Notes under the pieces: model-generated
What the model was told of the DNA's origin: nothing
Database searches by the model: none
What the model saw: the letters and a program-made list of their open reading frames with translations, nothing else
Translations under genes and position numbers: made by a program
NCBI GenBank assembly: GCA_900546715.1
Contig: UREA01000004.1
Span: 7,395-71,394 of the forward strand
Length of the DNA stretch: 64,000 nt
Source of the DNA: an uncultured Mycoplasmatota bacterium
Lineage (GTDB): Bacteria; Bacillota_I; Bacilli_A; RF39; UBA660
Direction: 5' to 3'
Shown: positions 44,739-53,850 of the stretch, in pieces
How positions within the stretch are numbered: the first letter of the stretch is position 1
Layout: each line of letters opens with the position of its first letter

Positions 44739-45848
44739 TTAATATCTTCTCCATACTGTTCTATTTACATAATCAGTATAACTCATAATTATCTTAACCA
44801 TTTTGATACCTACATGATCAACATCATAATCATTTACTATATGTGGTTTACTATCTTGAGTAGTTATCACTTTTATAGCATCCAGAACGCCTTCTTTATC
44901 AACTCCACTCATAATAAGTGTACCTTCATCCATTCCTTCTGGTCTTTCATGTGCCTGTCTAATAGTAATTGCTGGAAATCCCATAATTGAAGATTCTTCA
45001 GTAATTGTTCCACTATCAGAAATTACACAAAATGCATTTTTTTGCAATTTATTATAATCGTTAAATCCTAAAGGTTTCATATATTTAACGAGTTCGTTAA
45101 ATTTGATACCTTCAGCTTCAATTTTTTTTCTTGTTCTTGGATGAGCACTAAATATAATTGGCATTTTATAGGTTTCTGCAACTGCATTAATTGATTCCAT
45201 TAATGCTTTAAAATTTTTAGGATTATCCACATTTTCTTCTCTATGAGCACTTAAGACAAAATATTTTCCTTTTTCAATATTTAATCTTTCTAAAATATCA
45301 CTATTTTCAATTTGTTCTTTATTAACATTTAATACTTCCTTCATACTAGAGCCAGTTTTAATAATCGTTTCAGGTCTAATTCCTTCAGCAATTAAATATC
45401 TTCTTGCATGTTCCGTTAAAACTAAATTAATATCACTTAAATGATCTAATACTTTTCTATTTAGTTCTTCAGGTACTCTTTCATCAAAACAACGATTTCC
45501 CGCTTCCATATGAAATACTGGAACTTTATTTCTTTTAGCAGAAATTACCGCTAGACAAGAATTAGTATCTCCATATAATAAAATTGCATCTGGTTTTTGT
45601 TCTTTAATTATTTTATCAGATTTAATAATTACATTACCAATAGTTTCTGCAGCATTTTCACCAGCTGCATTCATATAAATATCTGGTTCTCTTAATCCTA
45701 AATCTTTAAAGAAAACTTCATTTAATTCATAATCATAATTTTGTCCTGTATGAACTAAAATATGTTCTGTATACTTATCTAATTCTTTTATGGTACTAGC
45801 AAGTTTTATAATCTCTGGTCTAGTTCCAACAATTGTCATTACTTTCAT
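44739..45848 (-). CDS. UDP-N-acetylglucosamine 2-epimerase (non-hydrolysing; Cap5G/FnlC/WbvD-like)
   Basis: MKVMTIVGTRPEIIKL N-terminus, 369 aa. Confidence 0.8.
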   Translation of the reverse strand: MKVMTIVGTRPEIIKLASTIKELDKYTEHILVHTGQNYDYELNEVFFKDLGLREPDIYMNAAGENAAETIGNVIIKSDKIIKEQKPDAILLYGDTNSCLAVISAKRNKVPVFHMEAGNRCFDERVPEELNRKVLDHLSDINLVLTEHARRYLIAEGIRPETIIKTGSSMKEVLNVNKEQIENSDILERLNIEKGKYFVLSAHREENVDNPKNFKALMESINAVAETYKMPIIFSAHPRTRKKIEAEGIKFNELVKYMKPLGFNDYNKLQKNAFCVISDSGTITEESSIMGFPAITIRQAHERPEGMDEGTLIMSGVDKEGVLDAIKVITTQDSKPHIVNDYDVDHVGIKMVKIIMSYTDYVNRTVWRRY

Positions 45849-46714
45849 CTTTTAATACCCTCCACATTACAATTTTCAAAAATAATTGGATATAGTTCTT
45901 TATGATTTAATACCCATTCTTTCATTTCACTTACCATATCCTCATAACTAGGAACTTCAAAATCAAATGATTTATCTGTTCTAATTAATGTTTTTTCACT
46001 TTCAACATTTGGATTTTCAGTAATTTCAATATCTTTGTTAAAATATTTTTTAAATAATTCTAATAAGTCTTTTTTAGAAATAAAATCGTTATTTACAACA
46101 TGTTGTAACCCCGTCAAGTTATTATCAATTGCTTTTTTCATTGCTTTAGCAAGTTCAATAGTAGTAACTCCTGTCCAAATAACTTTAGTGTAACCTCCAA
46201 CAGCATCATTTTGAGTAATAAACCATTCAAATAGTCCAATTCCTTTAGGATTATTATCTGGACCCACAATAGATGTTCTAAGAGTTACATTACGATTATT
46301 ATTTATTTCTCCTAAAGCCTTACTTCTACCATAAAATGAAATTGCATCAGGTAAAGATTCTTCGTTATACTTACCAACAGTTCCTTCAAAAACACAATCA
46401 GTACTAACATGAATAAATTTAAAATTATATTTTTTAGATAATTCATCAACATAATGCGGCAATAAACTATTAAGTCTTACAGCTAATACTTTATTTTCTT
46501 CAGCAACTTTATTTAATATGCCAATACAATTTATAACTACATCTGGTTTTTCTGAAGAAATAATTGTATCTAAATTATTCATATCAGCATTAGCATCATA
46601 TATAACACCATCACCATGAGTAACAGTTCCAATAACTTCATTTCCTAGTTCTAAAAAATAATTGTAAACTACATGACCTAACATTCCATTTTTTCCTAGA
46701 ACTAATATTTTCAT
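45845..46714 (-). CDS. SDR-family NAD(P)-dependent sugar reductase/epimerase (RmlD/WbvR-like)
   Basis: MKILVLGKNGMLG Rossmann start, 289 aa. Between the 4,6-dehydratase and 2-epimerase genes. Confidence 0.65.
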   Translation of the reverse strand: MKILVLGKNGMLGHVVYNYFLELGNEVIGTVTHGDGVIYDANADMNNLDTIISSEKPDVVINCIGILNKVAEENKVLAVRLNSLLPHYVDELSKKYNFKFIHVSTDCVFEGTVGKYNEESLPDAISFYGRSKALGEINNNRNVTLRTSIVGPDNNPKGIGLFEWFITQNDAVGGYTKVIWTGVTTIELAKAMKKAIDNNLTGLQHVVNNDFISKKDLLELFKKYFNKDIEITENPNVESEKTLIRTDKSFDFEVPSYEDMVSEMKEWVLNHKELYPIIFENCNVEGIKR

Positions 46715-47721
46715 TCTTCTATTTCTCCCATTCTTTCTAGAAGATTAATCATTCCGTCAATATCAAGTTGTCTCGTGTTATTAGATGTATATGATTCAAC
46801 TTGTCGAACAGTTCCATCACCTTCTGGATAAAATTTATCATAATTTAAATCTCTATTATCCATTGGAATGCGATAATAATCTTCTAAGTCTTCGGCTTTA
46901 GTCATTTCTTCACGAGTAACTAAAACTTCATGATCTTTTTCTCCATGCCTAGTTCCAATTATTTTTATTTCAACATCGCTATTTTTATACTTAAGTATTG
47001 CTTTAGCTAAAGTATCAATTGTTGCACCTGGTGCCTTTTGTACAAACAAATCTCCTTGTTTACCATGTTCAAATGCATACATTACTAACTTTACTGCATC
47101 TTCTAGAGTCATCATGTATCTTGTCATTCCCGGATCAGTTACTGTTAATGGTTTTCCTTCTTTAATTAATTTATAAAATAAAGGAATAACTGAACCACGA
47201 GAACCCATAACATTACCATATCTTGTTAGACAAATTGTTGTTTTTGCATTATCTCCAAGCATTCGTGCTTTAGCAATAATAACCTTTTCCATTAAAGCCT
47301 TACTCATTCCCATTGCATTTATAGGATATGCTGCTTTATCCGTACTTAAACAGACAATTTTTTTTACTCCATGCTTAACTGCACACTCAAGTACATTATA
47401 TGAACCAAATACATTTGTTTTAGCAGCTTCAATTGGGAAAAATTCGCAAGATGGCACTTGTTTTAATGCAGCTGCATGAAATATGTAATCAACACCTTCC
47501 ATAGCACTATCTAAAGTTGTAATATCTCTAACATCTCCTATAAAAAACTTGATTTTAGGATTATTATATCTTTTACGCATATCATCTTGTTTCTTTTCAT
47601 CTCTTGATAAAATTCTAATTTCTTTTAAATCAGAATCTAAAAACATTTGCAAAACTTTATTTCCAAATGAACCAGTTCCTCCAGTAATCAATAATACCTT
47701 ATCTTTAAACATTTTTCTCAC
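46711..47721 (-). CDS. UDP-GlcNAc 4,6-dehydratase/5-epimerase (CapD/Cap5E/FnlA/WbjB family)
   Basis: MFKDKVLLITGGTGSFG start, 336 aa. Confidence 0.8.
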   Translation of the reverse strand: MRKMFKDKVLLITGGTGSFGNKVLQMFLDSDLKEIRILSRDEKKQDDMRKRYNNPKIKFFIGDVRDITTLDSAMEGVDYIFHAAALKQVPSCEFFPIEAAKTNVFGSYNVLECAVKHGVKKIVCLSTDKAAYPINAMGMSKALMEKVIIAKARMLGDNAKTTICLTRYGNVMGSRGSVIPLFYKLIKEGKPLTVTDPGMTRYMMTLEDAVKLVMYAFEHGKQGDLFVQKAPGATIDTLAKAILKYKNSDVEIKIIGTRHGEKDHEVLVTREEMTKAEDLEDYYRIPMDNRDLNYDKFYPEGDGTVRQVESYTSNNTRQLDIDGMINLLERMGEIEE

Positions 47722-47751
47722 TCCTCTTACATTTTATTATATCATAATTTT

Positions 47752-48489
47752 TTAAATATTCATTATTTTTTTATAATAAGTATCACATACTTTTTTTGTA
47801 TTACCCATCATAACTATTTTTCCATCTTCAAGCCATATAACTTTATTACATAATTCTCTAATAGATTCCAAGGAATGTGATACATATAAAACAGTAGTTC
47901 CACCTTTTATCATTGACATCATTTTATTTTTACTTTTTTCTTGAAATTTAATATCTCCAACAGACAATATCTCATCTACAATTAATATCTCTGGATCAAC
48001 AACTGTAGAAATTGAAAAAGCTAATTTTGCAACCATACCAGATGAAAAATTCTTAACTGGAACATCTAAAAAATCTTTAAGTTCTGAAAATTCAACAATT
48101 TCATCAAACTTTTCATTCAAAAACTCTTTAGAATATCCAAGTATCGCTCCATTTAAATAAATGTTTTCTCGAGCAGTTAAATCAGCATCAAATCCAGCTC
48201 CAAGTTCAATCATCGGAGAAATGACTCCATCAACTTCAACAGTACCTTCAGTAGGTTTCATTACTCCACTAACTACTTTAAGAAGAGTAGATTTTCCAGC
48301 CCCATTAGCACCTATTAAACCAACTACATCTCCTCTTTCCACATTAAAAGTTATATTTTTTAATGCCCAAAAATCACTTTTTTTAATTCTTTTTCTTTTA
48401 TCAAACAATCTTATAAATGTCATTTTTAAAGAATTATCCTTTTCAACACCTAAATTAAATTTCATTCCAACATCTTTTAATCTAATCAT
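47752..48489 (-). CDS. Polysaccharide ABC exporter ATP-binding protein (second TagH/Wzt-like)
   Basis: Walker A GANGAGKST, signature SSGMVAKL, Walker B ILIVDEIL. Start set at MIRLKDVGMKF to avoid overlapping the upstream permease. Confidence 0.8.
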   Translation of the reverse strand: MIRLKDVGMKFNLGVEKDNSLKMTFIRLFDKRKRIKKSDFWALKNITFNVERGDVVGLIGANGAGKSTLLKVVSGVMKPTEGTVEVDGVISPMIELGAGFDADLTARENIYLNGAILGYSKEFLNEKFDEIVEFSELKDFLDVPVKNFSSGMVAKLAFSISTVVDPEILIVDEILSVGDIKFQEKSKNKMMSMIKGGTTVLYVSHSLESIRELCNKVIWLEDGKIVMMGNTKKVCDTYYKKIMNI

Positions 48490-48499
48490 GTATCCTCCC

Positions 48500-49312
48500 T
48501 TATAAGTAATAAATAAATTTATTTTGTTTTTTTCTAAACACAAACAAACCAATTATTAAAACAACCACTCCAGATAATAAACATCCTAACAAATTGGTCC
48601 AAGTTGGCATTTGTGAATTTAACAATATATCCCTTGTAGCATTTATAAATTGATATAATGGATTAAACACAAATATTTTTTGTAACCAATCAGGTAATAT
48701 AGATATTGAATAAAATATTGGAGTAAAATAATTTAATATTGTTAGTAAAATACCCCAAATATAAATCATATCTCTTAAAAATACTGCAATTGTAGAAAGA
48801 ATATAACCAACACCAACAGTAAACATAAACATACACAAATATATAAAAGGTAATAATAAATAATATACATTAATATAGCATTTTGTTCCCTCGGCAGCAT
48901 CACCTGATAAAAAAACTATCAAAAATAATGGTATTAATGATAAAACAAAATTAATTGCAACAAATATGCATTTAGCAACTGGAAAAATATATTTAGGTAT
49001 ATATACTTTATTTATTAATGATGCATTTCCTGTAATAGAAAGCATTGCATTATTGGTGGCTTCACTAAAATAATTAAATATTACTAAACCACTCATTAAG
49101 TATACTAAATAATTAGTTCCTTCCATACTAAATTTAAACATATTAGAAAATACTATAGCCATTACTATCATCATTAATAACGGATATAAGATACTCCATA
49201 AAACCCCTAAAACACTTCTCTTGTATTTTATTTTAAAATCTCTTATTACAAGTTGTGATAATAAAAACCTATATTTTTTTACATTATAAAATATATTTTT
49301 TACAAAAGTCAT
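48500..49312 (-). CDS. ABC-2 type exporter permease (second TagG/Wzm-like)
   Basis: 270 aa, six TM helices. Confidence 0.75.
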   Translation of the reverse strand: MTFVKNIFYNVKKYRFLLSQLVIRDFKIKYKRSVLGVLWSILYPLLMMIVMAIVFSNMFKFSMEGTNYLVYLMSGLVIFNYFSEATNNAMLSITGNASLINKVYIPKYIFPVAKCIFVAINFVLSLIPLFLIVFLSGDAAEGTKCYINVYYLLLPFIYLCMFMFTVGVGYILSTIAVFLRDMIYIWGILLTILNYFTPIFYSISILPDWLQKIFVFNPLYQFINATRDILLNSQMPTWTNLLGCLLSGVVVLIIGLFVFRKKQNKFIYYL

Positions 49313-50445
49313 CTTTTCTTCCTTCCTTTCTTGCTTTTCTTCTTTTTCTTATTATGTTTTACATCAGTTGCTAATCTCACTACTACTTTATCAGTTATTT
49401 CATTTTTCTTCTTATGTTCAAATAATATATCTGTCTTAAGTATTACAAATAATAAAAGAATCATAAGTATTACATATATAGCTATAGCTATTTGATTATC
49501 CCCTAAGACATAAAATATTGATACTGCTGCAAAAGCTATGTCTATCGCATAAATTATTAAAATACTTTTAGTTGGACTATATTTCATTTTAAGAAGTTGA
49601 TGATGAAAATGTTCTTTATCAGCAACTCCAATATTTTGTCCTTTAAGTATCCTTCTAAGTATTGCAAATACTGTATCAAATATTGGTATAGCTAAAATAA
49701 TTATTGGCACAATTAAAGATGTAAATGTTGTTACTTTATATCCAAGAAGTGCAATAATTGATATCATAAACCCTAAAAATAAACTTCCGGTATCTCCCAT
49801 AAATATCTTAGCGGGTGGAAAATTATGAAATAAAAATCCTAAAGTTGAACCAAGCATAATTAGTGATATTATAACATCTAATCCCCCGATACGATTTAAT
49901 ATAAAAGCAATTATAGCAATAGTCAAGAAATATATTGAACTAATACCTGCCGCAAGGCCATCTAGGCCATCAATTAAATTAATAGCATTGGTAATTGCTA
50001 CAATAAATACAATTGAAGTAAGTGAACCCCAAAATTCATTAAAATAAATATTAAATCCAAGTAATGTTACATTTGTAAAATATAGCTCACCATATAATAC
50101 TACAATAGTTGCTGCAATAATTTGGACAATTAATTTATATCTAGCTTTAACTGGATTTATATCATCAACTATACCTACTAAAATAAGTAAGAAACCTCCA
50201 ATTAAAATGGATAACATTTGAGTGCTAACATCACCATAAAGAATATAGCCAAGTAAAAATGCTAGAAAAATTGCCAGTCCCCCAAGCCTTGGCATTGGAA
50301 CTTTATGTATTTTCCTTTCATTTGGTTCATCCATTGCATTTATATGTAAAGCAATCTTTTTTATAATTGGTACAAGTATTAAACTAGCTAAAAAAGTAAC
50401 AATTACTATAATAAATACATTATGTCCATTTACTACTAAATCCAT
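49309..50445 (-). CDS. tagO: Undecaprenyl-phosphate N-acetylhexosamine-1-phosphate transferase (TagO/WecA, MraY-like family)
   Basis: Polytopic; MraY/WecA motifs (..INAMDEPNERKIH.., ..NLIDGLDGLAAG.., FMGDTGS). Lys-rich C-terminal tail. Confidence 0.8.
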   Translation of the reverse strand: MDLVVNGHNVFIIVIVTFLASLILVPIIKKIALHINAMDEPNERKIHKVPMPRLGGLAIFLAFLLGYILYGDVSTQMLSILIGGFLLILVGIVDDINPVKARYKLIVQIIAATIVVLYGELYFTNVTLLGFNIYFNEFWGSLTSIVFIVAITNAINLIDGLDGLAAGISSIYFLTIAIIAFILNRIGGLDVIISLIMLGSTLGFLFHNFPPAKIFMGDTGSLFLGFMISIIALLGYKVTTFTSLIVPIIILAIPIFDTVFAILRRILKGQNIGVADKEHFHHQLLKMKYSPTKSILIIYAIDIAFAAVSIFYVLGDNQIAIAIYVILMILLLFVILKTDILFEHKKKNEITDKVVVRLATDVKHNKKKKKSKKGRKKR

Positions 50446-50592
50446 ATAATATTCTCCTAGTAATAATATTATAACCCATAAAAAAAGAAAATAAAAGAAT
50501 TATCCTTTATTTTCTTGAAAGTAATTTTCAAATTTAACAATTATTTCATTTAAAAGTTCTTTTTTTAGATTCAGTTTCTATTAAATCATCTA

Positions 50593-51467
50593 TTATTTTG
50601 CATTCATTATTTTTTCTTTTACCTTCATAATTAATTTTTTTACAATGAGGTCTCTTGAATGTAAATCATTATTCTTACCCAATAATAAGTTTTCATAAAA
50701 CTTTATTAAGAAACTATTATCTTGTTTTATATTTAAATAATTATTAAAGTAATTACTTCTTACTAGTGCATTTCTATAATAAACAGATTTATCTTTGAAC
50801 ATAGTATTATCTACCGTATATCCAAGCGATATTAGATTAGATACTTTTCTATAAATAGTGCAGTAGTTCTAGTATTACCTTCTCTAAATGGGTGGACCTG
50901 CCACAAATTAGAAGAAAAACTAGTTATATTATTAATCACATCAACCATATTCAATTCTTTATAATTTTTCATTTTTTCTAATGATATATCATAATCTAAT
51001 GATTGCTCTAAAAATCTACAATCACCATAAGCAACTGAATCATTATATAAAATTCTTTCATGTTTAGAAAAATCTACTTTTCTAAATTCTCCAGCAAATT
51101 CGTATACATCCTTGAATAAAAATTTGTGAATATATTTTATATAGTCTACTGATAATTCAAAATTATCTTCTTCTAATAGCTCAACAATTCTCGTAGAAAC
51201 TAAATCGCATTCAAATTCATCCCAAACTATTTCATCTGATTGATCTTTTTCTACATAATATCGTTTTAATTCATGTTCAACTTCATAAATGGTTTTCTCA
51301 CCTGTTACATTTTCTTGTAATAACTTTTCTAAATACTTAGATGGCTTTAAATTATCAACTTCTTGAAGTCCAATTGCCATATCCCACTCTTGTTGTTTTA
51401 TATTATTTTTAGGTGTCTTTGTTTCAACATAATTATTTACACTTGAATCTAATTCTTTTTCAGACAT
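50593..51467 (-). pseudogene. Fic/Doc-family protein gene disrupted by a frameshift near 50830
   Basis: ORF 50832..51467 ends just after the Fic motif HPFREGNTRTTALFIEKYLI. The expected C-terminal remainder (..SLGYTVDNTMFKDKSVYYRNAL..) continues in another frame, through ORF 50593..50802. Confidence 0.55.
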
Positions 51468-51551
51468 TCTAACATCTCCATTTATAACAGTATACCAAAA
51501 AGATTTCTATTTGTCATTGATATACAGATTTTATAAGACGATATTTATTTT

Positions 51552-52454
51552 TTAAATATCAAGTTCCTTTGCATATTTAAAATCAACAATCTCTCCATCT
51601 TTGGTTTTGATCCAACCAATAAACTTATGAGACCAATCTGACAAATCTTTAGCACTCTTTCCCTTAAATTCATCAATTATTTTATCTAATACTTTTATTT
51701 CATTTTCATTAAAACAAGACAAATCAGCATCTTGAAGAGGTGCAAATAACATAGCTGAATCATCAACTGATGAAGCAAGCTTAATATAATCTTGTTTAAT
51801 TAATAAGTTAAGTAAGGCATCTTGATTATTAACAATTGGACCAAATGGCGCATGAGCATATTTAAAATTACTTATTGCTTTATTAAATAATTTATAATTT
51901 AGAAAATCAGATGCAAATAAATATTTCATTAATTGTGTTCTATTTAATATAACTTTATTAAGTATATATAAAATTACATTAATACTTTTATAATCAATAT
52001 CAACATTTATTCTATCTAATATTTTATAATATTTTTCTTTAGATAAATTTTTATTATTTTTTAAAATATTATAAATATTATCTTTATTATTTAATAGGCT
52101 TATATAAGTATCAAGATATTCTTTCTGTGGCAGTGATTTGGCATTTTCATATCTTGTTATTGTTTTTTTACTCCACCCAAGAGCTTCCGCAAATAACCCT
52201 TGAGATAAATTTAGTGACTCTCTTATTTCTTTTAATTTTTCAAAACTTAAACCAAATAAATTTAAATAAGCAACATTTATATCATGTACAAACACATCAT
52301 AATCATCAAAATCATATTCAGTTTCACATATTGGACAAGTAAAAACTCTTTCATCAATCACAACATTTTGACCATGAATATTATGATTAGTTTTTTCAAC
52401 CCTTACTTCCACCATTACATCTTTATCACATTCAAAACAATACATTTTTTCCAT
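51552..52454 (-). CDS. Zinc-finger/HTH(XRE)-Panacea(DUF4065) fusion protein, putative autoregulated antitoxin
   Basis: N-terminal CFEC...CPIC zinc ribbon (MqsA-like), an HTH (LSQGLFAEALGWSKKTITRYE), and a C-terminal Panacea signature (..RTQLMKYLFASDF...FKYAHAPFGPIV). Confidence 0.6.
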   Translation of the reverse strand: MEKMYCFECDKDVMVEVRVEKTNHNIHGQNVVIDERVFTCPICETEYDFDDYDVFVHDINVAYLNLFGLSFEKLKEIRESLNLSQGLFAEALGWSKKTITRYENAKSLPQKEYLDTYISLLNNKDNIYNILKNNKNLSKEKYYKILDRINVDIDYKSINVILYILNKVILNRTQLMKYLFASDFLNYKLFNKAISNFKYAHAPFGPIVNNQDALLNLLIKQDYIKLASSVDDSAMLFAPLQDADLSCFNENEIKVLDKIIDEFKGKSAKDLSDWSHKFIGWIKTKDGEIVDFKYAKELDI

Positions 52455-52516
52455 ATTATCAAATCCTTTCCTAACTATAATTACTTTCGTGAAATGACAA
52501 ACATACCACTTTATTT

Positions 52517-52747
52517 CTATATGTTATATACATTCTTACCATTAATCATTTTTAAAAACACATACATCTCCGTATTATAATCCCTAGAAACATCATAATC
52601 AAAACTTACACTAATACAATCTTGCACATTGAGATTCATTACATGTTTCCATATTTCTTTTTCTTTAAATATACCTATTTCGGCAAGAGCTTGTCTAGCA
52701 GTTAATATTCTACCATTTAAATTAATTTTTCTGTTTTTAATAAACAA
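52517..52747 (-). CDS. Small hypothetical protein (76 aa) upstream of the Panacea-HTH gene
   Basis: ORF only. Same strand, 62 bp from the downstream gene. Confidence 0.25.
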   Translation of the reverse strand: MFIKNRKINLNGRILTARQALAEIGIFKEKEIWKHVMNLNVQDCISVSFDYDVSRDYNTEMYVFLKMINGKNVYNI

Positions 52748-52953
52748 TACATTTTCCTCTCCACTTCTTTTTTACATAATTTCAAAAAAGCCTCTACTGC
52801 ATTTTTATCCAATGTTGATAACATAAATCCTCCTTTACATCCTTCAGTTAATTAATTATAACAAAATTTTATATTGGTGTCGATTGTCACCATTAAGTTT
52901 TTAAACCAACATTAAAAGGCAACCGATTGATTGCCTTTTAATATAATATTTAA

Positions 52954-53808
52954 TTATGATGCCATCATAGTGGTAATTACTATAAATGCAATAATTACAA
53001 CTACAGGTATTATAATTATTGTTAAAATCATTATGAGATATTCTTGTTTTTGATTTTTTAAATATTCTTTATACCAAACTTCTACTTCCGTTTTTTTAGC
53101 AAAGTATCTATTACCTTTTTTATATAGCGGCAAATTATTATAAACATACAAATTTATCACTTTATTTCTACTACATTGAAGCATTTTCATTAAATCAATC
53201 ATAGTTAATTCTTCGTCCTCTACATATTCTTTTCTATTAATATATGCAGTAGTTAAGCTATCTAGCTTACCTCCAATTGTTCTATTTAAAAGATATTTAT
53301 TAGGAAAATCCCCAATAAATCTATCTTCATCATTAAACAGAACATCTGTTTTATAAACAAATATTCTTGTAGTATCTAAAGGCAAAAAACTATCTATTGA
53401 TAATTTAGAAGTTTCAACATTACCAAATATCAAGCGTTCAAAAGGCATTTTTTTCCGCCAATGAGAAACAATTCTATCCTTAATATTTCTAGATGTTCCA
53501 ATATATATTTGACAATAGTCATCTAAAACCATAATATAATATCCAGAATAATTACAATTATTTAAATCTTTTATTTCAATAAATTGTGGATACTTTCTTA
53601 AAAAATCTCTCAAACATTGATTAAAATCATATTTATCTAAGCTTTTAAAACGATTTAGATTAATATCAAAATTTTTTTTACAATTTTTATAATGTTCTAA
53701 TTTACTAGAATCATTTTCAATTTCTTCCAATGAAATATTAATATAATTAGAACTATTTAGTTTAACTTCTTTATATCTTGATATATCAATATTAAAATGC
53801 AACATCAA
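52954..53808 (-). CDS. GIY-YIG nuclease-domain protein with excisionase-type HTH and C-terminal TM anchor
   Basis: GYYIMVLDDYCQIYIGTSRNIKDRIVSH (GIY-YIG), ..LTMIDLMKMLQCSRNKVINLYVYNNLPLYKKGNRYFAKKTEVEVWYKEY (HTH_17/Xis-like), then a hydrophobic C-terminal helix. Confidence 0.55.
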   Translation of the reverse strand: MMLHFNIDISRYKEVKLNSSNYINISLEEIENDSSKLEHYKNCKKNFDINLNRFKSLDKYDFNQCLRDFLRKYPQFIEIKDLNNCNYSGYYIMVLDDYCQIYIGTSRNIKDRIVSHWRKKMPFERLIFGNVETSKLSIDSFLPLDTTRIFVYKTDVLFNDEDRFIGDFPNKYLLNRTIGGKLDSLTTAYINRKEYVEDEELTMIDLMKMLQCSRNKVINLYVYNNLPLYKKGNRYFAKKTEVEVWYKEYLKNQKQEYLIMILTIIIIPVVVIIAFIVITTMMAS

Positions 53809-53850
53809 AAAACTCCTTTTCTAAAAACATAACTCGCTTGACTATAAAAT

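Noticed and set aside
47549-48505. Plus-strand ORFs (68 and 114 aa) within the CapD-like and ABC ATPase genes
   Set aside because: They are antisense to conserved Rossmann and Walker-motif coding regions, so are shadow ORFs.
52127-52826. Three small plus-strand ORFs (71, 98 and 65 aa) around the Panacea-HTH gene
   Set aside because: They overlap or lie antisense to the 300-aa minus-strand gene, or sit in its AT-rich upstream region. Their sequences are low-complexity (poly-I/F/Y) without start signals.
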